From: Acidimicrobiia bacterium
GTDB lineage: Bacteria; Actinomycetota; Acidimicrobiia; Spongiisociales; ZC4RG35
Reading direction: 5' to 3'
Assembly: GCA_026989215.1 (NCBI GenBank)
Contig: JALSJV010000242.1
Coordinates: forward strand, 1-54,604
DNA length: 54,604 bases
Below the pieces are notes generated by a model that worked only from the letters and a program-made list of their open reading frames with translations, searched no databases and was not told the DNA's origin. Every line of letters begins with the position of its first letter. Position 1 is the first letter of the stretch. This document shows positions 36,019 through 44,082 of this stretch, piece by piece. The translations under genes were made by a program, and so were the position numbers.

Positions 36019-37257
36019 TCAGGTCACGAGGCATCGTTCGGTGCGCCGGACGGCGATGATCGAGCCCGCCAGACGGACCGCCTCGGAGACCACCGCCGTG
36101 ACCGCGGCACCGACCAGCGTGTAGCGGGGAATGAGGAACAGGGCGACCCCGACGGCGACGGCGGCTGCCACCGTGGTCGCTGCCAGCGCCGATCCGGCGG
36201 CGTCCCGGGCGATGAGCGCCTGCTGGAACGGGCCGATCAGGCTGGCCAGGACCACGGTCCACACCAGCCAGGCGAGGACGGTCCCCGCCTGTCGGTACTG
36301 ATCGCCGAGGAGCAGGACGACGCTGGGTCCGGCGAGGAGGGATCCGAGGACACCGAGGGGGATCATCAGGATCGCCGAGCGGAGCCATGCGGTCCGGAGG
36401 AGGGCGCTCCCCGCCTGGGGTGAGTCCCGACCGACTTTGACCAGCCGGGGCAGGAACGCGTTGAAGTACAGACCGACGACGATCATCCCCACCAGGGCAA
36501 ACCTCCTGGCCGCCGCGTACTGGCCCGCCTCGGCTGAGCCGACGAGGAGCTTCAGGGCGACCACATCGAAGCCGAGCATGACCGCCCGGGCGACCTTGAT
36601 CCCACTCAAGGGGGCGCTCTCGACGAGGTTCCGAACCCACGGCGTCGCCCGGAGCCGTGGTCGGAACGCCCCGAAACGTCGGCGTGCCCACGTGGCCAGG
36701 ACGACCGCGCTCAGCAGCTCGGCGCCCACGTGCAGCACGGGGACGAGGATCAGGTCGTGGGGGTCGCGCACCAGGGTGAGCACCCCGACCAGGTACCCGG
36801 TGGCTCCGGCGGTGGCGGCGACGGCGACCGGTCGGGTCTCCTCGGTCGCCACGAACCACCAGCGGAGGTCGAGGGCGAGGGTGAACAGCGAGAGCGAGTA
36901 CACGAGGGTCACCAGGCGGACTTCGTCGCCGGCGGGGAACGCGGTGACGGCGAGGGCCATGAGGGCGTAGACGACGACGGCGACCGCCAACCTGGCGCCG
37001 ACCAGCTCCTCGACGTGACGACGGGGATCGTCCGGGTCGGCGGCGACCCGGCGCACCCCGACGGCCTCCATCCCCGAATGCGCCATCAGGACGTAGCCCG
37101 CTACGGCGAGCCCGACGCCGATGACCCCGAACCCCGCGGGCTCCAGGATTCGGGCGACCCACAGGAGGGCACCGAACCTGATCAGACCCGTCGCCGCCTC
37201 ACCGAGGGCGAGATACCCGAAGGTGCGCATCCAGATCGAGGTGACGCCCCGGGTCAT
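36019..37257 (-). CDS. MOP-superfamily oligosaccharide flippase (second Wzx-like gene)
   Basis: Start at MTRGVTSIWMRTFGYLALGEA (ATG 37257, ATGA overlap with the upstream stop). About 12 TM helices. The track's 742-aa version is an artefactual extension. Confidence 0.8.
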   Translation of the reverse strand: MTRGVTSIWMRTFGYLALGEAATGLIRFGALLWVARILEPAGFGVIGVGLAVAGYVLMAHSGMEAVGVRRVAADPDDPRRHVEELVGARLAVAVVVYALMALAVTAFPAGDEVRLVTLVYSLSLFTLALDLRWWFVATEETRPVAVAATAGATGYLVGVLTLVRDPHDLILVPVLHVGAELLSAVVLATWARRRFGAFRPRLRATPWVRNLVESAPLSGIKVARAVMLGFDVVALKLLVGSAEAGQYAAARRFALVGMIVVGLYFNAFLPRLVKVGRDSPQAGSALLRTAWLRSAILMIPLGVLGSLLAGPSVVLLLGDQYRQAGTVLAWLVWTVVLASLIGPFQQALIARDAAGSALAATTVAAAVAVGVALFLIPRYTLVGAAVTAVVSEAVRLAGSIIAVRRTERCLVT

Positions 37258-38231
37258 GAGCGCACCTCCAGGAACGGAGCCACGGCCGTGAGGAGGCCGC
37301 CGACGGGCGAAGGGGCGGCGCGGCGATACCAGGCCCGCACGACCCGCTCGAGCCGGCCGGCGTCCGGAGCGGGTGGAGGGAGGGGTCCGGGGCGGATCGT
37401 CGCCCCGGACCCTGGCCCGAGCATGGCTCGAAGCTCGGTCAGGGAGAGGGGCCGGACGAACTGGTAGCGGGTCGACCGACGCAGGCGGACGTAGGCGGGA
37501 GCCCATCTTCGCGGGAGGAAACCCAGGCCCCAGAGGCGAACGGTCGGCTCCGGCGCCAGGCTGAAGCGGTTGGCGACCACCACGCGACACGCTCCGCCCG
37601 GTCGCACCGAGTCGAGACACCAGTGGAGCAGACCCCGCTGGTCTTCGGCGTGCTCCAACGTGGAGACCGAGACGGTGACGTCGAAACTTCCCGGTCGGAA
37701 CGGAAGCATGGCGCCGTCGGCGGCGACGAGGGGCACGTCCAACCCCGCTTCGGCGAACCGCCGCCGGGCCACGACGAGCCAGCGCAGGGCGATGTCCACA
37801 CCGATCGGCCTGGCGCCGCGCTGGGCGGCGGCCGCGAGCAGACCGCCCGTGCCGCACCCGACGTCGAGGAGGGTCCGCCCGGCGCAGTCGACGCCGCTGT
37901 CGTCCAGGAAGGCTCCTCCACGCCGTTCCCCGTCGAGAGCGACGGCGACGTAGCGTTCCGCCAGCGTCGTCGGCACCTGGGGGGTCATCTCCCAGTACCG
38001 TCGGAGGAGGTCGGCGAAACCGAGGTCCTGGTGGGCGGCCAGGGCCACGGCCTTCGCCCGGTCCTCCTCCAGGGTGAGGTAGCGGTCGGAGCGCACACGG
38101 AGGTCGGGGATGCCGGCGACGATCGGGTAGGACCGCCGGCAGCTCGGGCATCGATATCCGGCGTTGGCTTCCTCGAGGGAGGCCCGACACGCGGGGCAGG
38201 CCAGCTCCATTCCGGCGATCGACGCCGTCAT
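37254..38231 (-). CDS. class I SAM-dependent methyltransferase with N-terminal Trm112-like zinc ribbon
   Basis: Start at MTASIAGMELACPACRASL..YRCPSCRRSYPIVAGIPDL. SAM motif ..LLDVGCGTGG... ATGA overlap at both ends. Confidence 0.85.
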   Translation of the reverse strand: MTASIAGMELACPACRASLEEANAGYRCPSCRRSYPIVAGIPDLRVRSDRYLTLEEDRAKAVALAAHQDLGFADLLRRYWEMTPQVPTTLAERYVAVALDGERRGGAFLDDSGVDCAGRTLLDVGCGTGGLLAAAAQRGARPIGVDIALRWLVVARRRFAEAGLDVPLVAADGAMLPFRPGSFDVTVSVSTLEHAEDQRGLLHWCLDSVRPGGACRVVVANRFSLAPEPTVRLWGLGFLPRRWAPAYVRLRRSTRYQFVRPLSLTELRAMLGPGSGATIRPGPLPPPAPDAGRLERVVRAWYRRAAPSPVGGLLTAVAPFLEVRS

Positions 38232-38995
38232 CGGTCGCCTCCCCCACGGAGGAGACGGCGGACCGTCCGAGCCCGACGACGGATCATGAGGTAGAGGGGG
38301 CCGAAGGGGCCTGTGAGGGTTCGGGCGTGGGTGCCGGTTCGGACGTACCATCCCTCGATCCGGGGGGCCCGGTCGAGGGGTGCGGACGCGACGAAGGTGC
38401 CGGCCCCGATCTCGAGGGCGAGCCGGTAGGCGGTCGCGGCCCGGCGGCGGACCCGAGGATCGTGAAGGCCGAAGGGGTAGGCGAAGGTTCGGATCGGTGC
38501 TCCGGTGAGCTCGGCCAGGATCTCGTTCGACCGGTTCAGCTCGTCGTCGATCTGACGGTCGTCGAGGCCCGTGAGGGGCCGGTGGGTGTGGGTGTGACCT
38601 CCCAGCTCCCATCCGGCGGCCACGAGCTCCTGGAGGCGGGAGCCGTCCATCAGTCGGAGGCGGGGGATCCCGGGCCTCCCCTCATCCCAGCGGTTGGCAT
38701 CGCCGAGATGGGCGGTGACGGGAAACACCGTCGCGGTGAATCCGTGGCGGGCCAGGACCGGGAACGCCTGGTCGTAGACGCTCGCGTATCCGTCGTCGAA
38801 GGTGAACACCACGGTCCTGGGTGGGAGGGGCCGGTCGTTGACGACGTGCTGGAGGAGCTCGGCGGCGGTCAGCGACCGGAACCCGGCGGTGGCGAACGTT
38901 TCGACGACGGCGGCGAAACCCCGGGGATCGACGCACAGCGGTCCTGGGCCCGTCTCGATCGCGTGGTACGCCAGGATGTGGACCTTCACCGCCAT
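38228..38995 (-). CDS. polysaccharide deacetylase (CE4)
   Basis: ..VVFTFDDGYASVYDQAFPVL.. and ..GGHTHTHRPL... Confidence 0.88.
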   Translation of the reverse strand: MAVKVHILAYHAIETGPGPLCVDPRGFAAVVETFATAGFRSLTAAELLQHVVNDRPLPPRTVVFTFDDGYASVYDQAFPVLARHGFTATVFPVTAHLGDANRWDEGRPGIPRLRLMDGSRLQELVAAGWELGGHTHTHRPLTGLDDRQIDDELNRSNEILAELTGAPIRTFAYPFGLHDPRVRRRAATAYRLALEIGAGTFVASAPLDRAPRIEGWYVRTGTHARTLTGPFGPLYLMIRRRARTVRRLLRGGGDR

Positions 38996-40236
38996 CAGAC
39001 TCGGGCCCTTCTCGCCAGGTCGTGGTCACCCCGGACTCGGGCCGCGTCGGCGATGAGCTGGAGGTACCGGTCGAAGAAGCGATCTTCGGTCCATCTCCGC
39101 TCATAGATCGCTCGGGCGGTCTTCCCTTCTGCGATGGCGAGGGAGTCGTCGTGCCAGAGGTCCTCGAGCAGCGTCGCGAGCTCGGCGTCGTCCCGGAACG
39201 TCCAGCCTCCACCGTCGTCGACGAGCTCGGGGAGAGGTCCCAGGTCCCTGACGGCGACGGGGGTACCGGTCGCCATCGCCTCGACGCCGACACCACCGAA
39301 GGTTTCGTATCCGATCGACGGGATGATCACGGCGAGGGCCCGGCGGCAGAGGGCCAGCACCGTCGGATACGGTTGAGCGCCGATGACGTGCAGGTTCGGG
39401 AGACGGGTGGCCGCGTCGCGGAGGGCTCCTTCGAGGCTTCCCGAACCCACGACGACGAACTGGGCGTCCTCCACGCGCCCGGCGATCGCCGGAAGTCGCT
39501 GGACCCCCTTGATGGGTTCGAGGCGTCCGGCGTAGAGGAAGAAGGCGGAGGGGAGCTCGGAGGGGACTTCGGGGAGGTCGGCGAGCTGCGCGGCGGTGGG
39601 TCCGGGAAGCGCCAGCACCTCGACCCGTGGCCGCCTGAAACGCTCACGGTGGAGCGCCGCGGTGAACCTGCTGGGAGAGAGCAGCAGGTCGAGGGTCGCC
39701 ACCGAGGAGTCGAGCAGCGACGTCGACCTCCAGAGCTGGGGCGGCCGACCGTGCTTCAGTGTGCAGCGCCAGCAGGTGCGTCGCGTGCAGACCTCCCGTC
39801 GGTACCGGAACAGGACGTGGGTGGGGCAGAGGAGCCAATGCTCGTGGGTGGTGTAGAGCTTGAGTCCACCACCGAGTTCGAGACCCCGGGCGGCGCCGAC
39901 GAGGGAAGGGTTGTGGAAGTGCACGACGTCGAATCCATCGAGGAGCCGGGCCAGCCTCGACCGGTATCCGACCGGGCCGCCGACCAGGTAGGTGGCGGCG
40001 GCCTGCCAGGGCGCATCCACCACCGAGACGACCTCGACCCCGTCGGCGTCGTCGAATCCCGCAGCCGGGGGGACGTCTCCGGAGAGCAGCCGGAAGGCGG
40101 CCTGCGCGTACACGACCCGGACCCGGTGGCCCCGCTGGGACAGTCCGGTTGCCAGACGGTGGACGTGGACGGCGTCCCCGCCGAAGCTGTGGGGTGGATA
40201 GAAGGTGGTGACGAGACAGAAGGAGAGCTCACCCAT
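38995..40236 (-). CDS. GT4 glycosyltransferase
   Basis: Start at MGELSFCLVTTFYPPHSFGGDAVHV (ATG 40236, 8-nt overlap with the upstream stop). ..PSIGYETFGGVGVEAMATGTPVAV... Confidence 0.88.
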   Translation of the reverse strand: MGELSFCLVTTFYPPHSFGGDAVHVHRLATGLSQRGHRVRVVYAQAAFRLLSGDVPPAAGFDDADGVEVVSVVDAPWQAAATYLVGGPVGYRSRLARLLDGFDVVHFHNPSLVGAARGLELGGGLKLYTTHEHWLLCPTHVLFRYRREVCTRRTCWRCTLKHGRPPQLWRSTSLLDSSVATLDLLLSPSRFTAALHRERFRRPRVEVLALPGPTAAQLADLPEVPSELPSAFFLYAGRLEPIKGVQRLPAIAGRVEDAQFVVVGSGSLEGALRDAATRLPNLHVIGAQPYPTVLALCRRALAVIIPSIGYETFGGVGVEAMATGTPVAVRDLGPLPELVDDGGGWTFRDDAELATLLEDLWHDDSLAIAEGKTARAIYERRWTEDRFFDRYLQLIADAARVRGDHDLARRARV

Positions 40237-41416
40237 CAGTGGCGACCTCTTCGAGTGCCTCGACGACCGCATCGGCGGCGGGAGCCCATGACCAGCGGGC
40301 GGCGCGTCGCAGCAGCCTCGCCGACAGGTCGGAGCGGAGCCCCCGTTCGGTCATCAGCCGATCGAACAGGGCGGCGAACCCTTCGGCGTGGCGGGCGGGT
40401 GCGTAGAGCCCGTCGACGCCCAGGAGCTCCATCAGGGCCGGGTCGTCGCTGGCCACGACCGGGGTCCCGCAGGCAGCCGACTCGGCCGCCGGAAGGCCGA
40501 ACCCCTCCCCGAGGGACGGGAGGACGGAGGCGACGGCACCGCAGTACAGCGCCACGAGCTCGTCGTCGGAGACGTAGCCGGTGAAGGTGATCCGGTCGCG
40601 GACCGGGGAGCGTGCCACCCGGTGCCGCACGTCGGTGACCGAGGAGAGAAACGGGTCGCCTTCGGTGTCGCCGACGAGGACGAGCCGGAGATCGGGATGG
40701 CGATCGGCCACCACCTCGAAGGCGTCGATCAGGATCCCGAGGTTCTTGTGGGGGCTGATCCCCCCGACGTACACGAGATAGGGCCGACCGTTTCCGAGAC
40801 CGAATCGGCGGAGGCGGTCGCGGACCGTCGACTGGGCGAGGGGTCCGAATCGTTCGGCCGGAGCTTCGTTGATCACCCGGATCCGGTCGGCAGGGACGCC
40901 GAGGACCTCGATGACGGCGCGGCGGGATGCCTCGGACACGGTGAACACGAGACGCGCGCTGCTGAGCGCCAGTCGCTGTTTCAGTCGCCACGCGGCGCGG
41001 TCTCTGAGCGACGGAAGGATCAGGTCGGGGAGCTGCTCGGCGGTGGCGTCATGGACGGTGACGACGGTGGGGGTGCCCGGGACGGGGAAGTAGGTGTAGG
41101 TGGCCGGGAAGAACATCACGTCGGCGCCAAGGCGCCGCGCGGCCCTCGTCATCCGAGCCAGGTCGCGAACCGACCGCCGTCCGTTGGCTGCCGCCGCCGC
41201 GGACGGGGCGACGTCGACGTCCACCGCCACCACCTCCGTCTCCGCGGGTAGCTCGACGATCTCGAGGCTGGGACGGTCGATGAGCAACGTGAACTGTTTC
41301 TCGGGGTGGCGGCGGAGCATCTCGGCGACGAGACACCGGGTGAAACGCCCGAATCCCCGTCGGTTCGACCAACAGGAGGCGTCGATCGCGATGTGCAGAC
41401 GACCGCTCGGGCTCAT
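40229..41416 (-). CDS. GT4 glycosyltransferase
   Basis: Start at MSPSGRLHIAIDAS (ATG 41416, ATGA overlap). ..LPSLGEGFGLPAAESAACGTPVVAS... Confidence 0.88.
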   Translation of the reverse strand: MSPSGRLHIAIDASCWSNRRGFGRFTRCLVAEMLRRHPEKQFTLLIDRPSLEIVELPAETEVVAVDVDVAPSAAAAANGRRSVRDLARMTRAARRLGADVMFFPATYTYFPVPGTPTVVTVHDATAEQLPDLILPSLRDRAAWRLKQRLALSSARLVFTVSEASRRAVIEVLGVPADRIRVINEAPAERFGPLAQSTVRDRLRRFGLGNGRPYLVYVGGISPHKNLGILIDAFEVVADRHPDLRLVLVGDTEGDPFLSSVTDVRHRVARSPVRDRITFTGYVSDDELVALYCGAVASVLPSLGEGFGLPAAESAACGTPVVASDDPALMELLGVDGLYAPARHAEGFAALFDRLMTERGLRSDLSARLLRRAARWSWAPAADAVVEALEEVATDG

Positions 41417-42342
41417 CGGATCTTCACCAGGCTGTCTCCGGGGCCGGTCAGATATCCGACGAACTCTCCGATCGACCAGGCGAGGGAGAAGAGGACGACG
41501 AGGGGGAAGGCGGCGAGGAACCGCCGACGGTGTGGCGGTCGTCGCCAGACGTTGCGGACCGCACGGGCGACGAGGAGCGGCGGCAGTGCGGTGACGGCCC
41601 CGAGGGCCCATGCCAGGCGCCCGGGGAAGGACGTCCCGGCGACCCGGCCACCGGCGAAGGCCCGCGACAGGTGATATCGCTCGGAGAGGAACATCGGGAC
41701 CGTGAAGTACTTGTCGTGGGCGACCACGATGGATGGGTCGAGGCCCATCTGGTAGCCGGCGGCCCGCAGGCGGTCGTGGAGAAAATTCTCCCACATCCCC
41801 TCTGCGAAGACCTCCCGCATCGGCGCGAGCTGCTCCATGTCGTAGGCGACGTTCATGCCGGGGATCACGTCGGATGGGCCTGCGGGGACGGGGCTCATCA
41901 GGTGGCCGTACTCACAGAAGTAGACGGCCCAGTCGACGGTGCGGTCGGTGGGCGCGATGACCACACCGCCTCCGACGGCGGCCCACCCCGTCCGCTCGTG
42001 GACCTCGACGATCCGCCGGATCCAGTCAGGACGGGGAACGCAGTGATCTTCGGTGACGGCGACGAGCCTGCCGCGGGCCGCGGCGATGCCGGCGGCCCGG
42101 AGCGCGGGCACGCTGGTCGGCTCGTCGAAGGCGAGGATCGTCGTCGACGGGAACCGTTCTCTGATCGCGGCGACGGTCGAAGGTCCGGTGCAGTCGGCGA
42201 CGATCACCTCCGTGGGGATGTCTCCCTCCTGGGATTCGAGTGCTTCGAGGCAGGCGATCGGGTAGGGGAGCCCGTTCACCGAGGCGATCACCACCGACAC
42301 CGTCGGCGGGGTGGAGCGCTCGTGTTCAGAAGGGTTCTGCAT
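41413..42342 (-). CDS. GT2-like glycosyltransferase with C-terminal membrane segment (paralog A)
   Basis: ..VSVVIASVNG.., ..VAVTEDHCVPRPDW.., ..DWAVYFCEYG.. and a C-terminal hydrophobic ..FPLVVLFSLAWSIGEFVGYL... Confidence 0.8.
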   Translation of the reverse strand: MQNPSEHERSTPPTVSVVIASVNGLPYPIACLEALESQEGDIPTEVIVADCTGPSTVAAIRERFPSTTILAFDEPTSVPALRAAGIAAARGRLVAVTEDHCVPRPDWIRRIVEVHERTGWAAVGGGVVIAPTDRTVDWAVYFCEYGHLMSPVPAGPSDVIPGMNVAYDMEQLAPMREVFAEGMWENFLHDRLRAAGYQMGLDPSIVVAHDKYFTVPMFLSERYHLSRAFAGGRVAGTSFPGRLAWALGAVTALPPLLVARAVRNVWRRPPHRRRFLAAFPLVVLFSLAWSIGEFVGYLTGPGDSLVKIR

Positions 42343-43186
42343 GTCGATCCTTCCAGCCGAGGGCGCCGAGCGCCTCGCCGACGGACCAGGTCGTCATCGC
42401 CAGGGACACCGCGGGGGCACATCGTCGCAGGCGCCGGAGAAGTTCCGGATCGGATCCGGCTCTGGCCGCCACCCGGGAGAAGAGGACGACCGGCAGCAGC
42501 GGCGTCGCGGCGGCGTACCCGAGGCGCCGCAGCGGGCTCCATCCTCCGCTGCGGTGGCGAGCGTACAGGCCGCCTTGACGGATCCGTTCCCGGAACATCC
42601 ACTCCCACGAATACGACTTGACGACGACGACTCGCATGTCGGGAATCAGCATCGGTCGGATGCCCCGGCTCATGAGGCGCCGGTTCACCTCCGATTTCCA
42701 CACGGGACCTTCCAGGTCGGCGAGCAGCGGCCGGGCGTAGGCGATGTTGTTGGCGGAGAGATCGCCTGCGGCGTTCGTGTACGGGTCGACGGCGTGCAGC
42801 CCGTACTCGGCGAAGAACCCGGCCCAGTCCCGGCATCTGGACCACGGGGAGGGGAGGACCGGACCTCCGGCGACCACCGCTCCTCGCCGAAACGCGGCGA
42901 CGACGGCGCGCCGCCATCCCGGTTGGAGCACGGTCGTGGAGTCGGTGAAGGCGACGACGTCTCGTGTGCCGTGACGGAGACCCAGTCCGTAGAGACCTCC
43001 TCGGCCCTCGCCGGGCGAGGCCCGGAGGTAGGTGACGCCATCGAGCTCCGGCTCGATCCCCGCTCGATCCACCCACACCACCTCGTCCTCCCCGTCCACC
43101 AGTTCGCTCATCAGGGCGGCGGTGACCTCGTGGATCGCCGGAGGAGCCTCGGTGCCGTTCGCCACGACCACGGTGATGCCATCCAT
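42326..43186 (-). CDS. GT2-like protein (paralog B)
   Basis: Same architecture as paralog A: ..VAFTDSTTVLQPGW.., ..DWAGFFAEYG.., C-terminal ..AVSLAMTTWSVGEALGAL... 17-nt overlap with paralog A's start. Confidence 0.75.
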   Translation of the reverse strand: MDGITVVVANGTEAPPAIHEVTAALMSELVDGEDEVVWVDRAGIEPELDGVTYLRASPGEGRGGLYGLGLRHGTRDVVAFTDSTTVLQPGWRRAVVAAFRRGAVVAGGPVLPSPWSRCRDWAGFFAEYGLHAVDPYTNAAGDLSANNIAYARPLLADLEGPVWKSEVNRRLMSRGIRPMLIPDMRVVVVKSYSWEWMFRERIRQGGLYARHRSGGWSPLRRLGYAAATPLLPVVLFSRVAARAGSDPELLRRLRRCAPAVSLAMTTWSVGEALGALGWKDRHAEPF

Positions 43187-43200
43187 GGAGAGACTCCGGT

Positions 43201-44082
43201 TCAGGTCCTGGCCGTGGCTGCCCGGAGGCGTCCGACGAACTCACCGAGCGCCCAGGAGGTGGTGAACAGGGCGAGGACGGGGAGGGACGCCACGAACTCT
43301 CGGAGGTGGCGGCGTCTCCGCAACACGTTGCGAGCCGCCCGCGCCACCATCAGGGGTGGCACCAGCGGGACCGACAGGGCCTCCAGGAGGATCCGGCGAC
43401 GGGACAGACCGTGCGACCGCATCCTGCCGTGGGCGTGACCGTGGCGAAACCGTTGACGCAGAAAGCCACGGAGGGACATACCGCGCGCCTGACGGACCAC
43501 CAGATCCGGATCGAGGGTCAGGACGTGGCCCTCGCTCCGCAGGACCCGATGGATGAACGGCTCCCAGAAGGCGTCCGCGAACAGTTCTCGGTGCTGCTCG
43601 AGCACGGCCCGCCGGTACACGGCGTTGTCCCCCGGGATCTCGAGCTCGGCATCGGTTGGCAGGGGCAGCATGTAGGGGGTGTACCGACAGAAATAGACCG
43701 CCCAGTCGGTGATGGTGAGGGTGCGGCTCGGTTCGATCGCCCCGCCGAGGACGGCGGCCTCCCGGTGCCGGGCCGCGAGGAGCCGGTCGATCCAGTCTGG
43801 TTCGGGGATCACCGACCCGGCCGTGAGGGCGACGAGCGTCCCCTGGGCGACCTGCAGACCCGTCGCCCACAGCTCGGGGACCAACGCGCCGTCGCGCACC
43901 AGCACGTCGTCGTGATCGGCGGGTCGTGGTCCGTCGGCGACGACGATCAACTCGACACCGGGCCGGAGCTGTGACCGGATCGATCGAAGGCATGGCGTGG
44001 GATCGACCTCGGACCCGCGTACGCCGACGACGACGCTCAGGAGGACGTGTTCGGTGCCCTCGTCGGGCGTGTGCGGACTCAT
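43201..44082 (-). CDS. GT2-like protein (paralog C, acidic DXD position lost)
   Basis: ..VALTAGSVIPEPDW.. at the position of TEDH in A, ..DWAVYFCRYT.., C-terminal ..LPVLALFTTSWALGEFVGRL... Confidence 0.75.
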   Translation of the reverse strand: MSPHTPDEGTEHVLLSVVVGVRGSEVDPTPCLRSIRSQLRPGVELIVVADGPRPADHDDVLVRDGALVPELWATGLQVAQGTLVALTAGSVIPEPDWIDRLLAARHREAAVLGGAIEPSRTLTITDWAVYFCRYTPYMLPLPTDAELEIPGDNAVYRRAVLEQHRELFADAFWEPFIHRVLRSEGHVLTLDPDLVVRQARGMSLRGFLRQRFRHGHAHGRMRSHGLSRRRILLEALSVPLVPPLMVARAARNVLRRRRHLREFVASLPVLALFTTSWALGEFVGRLRAATART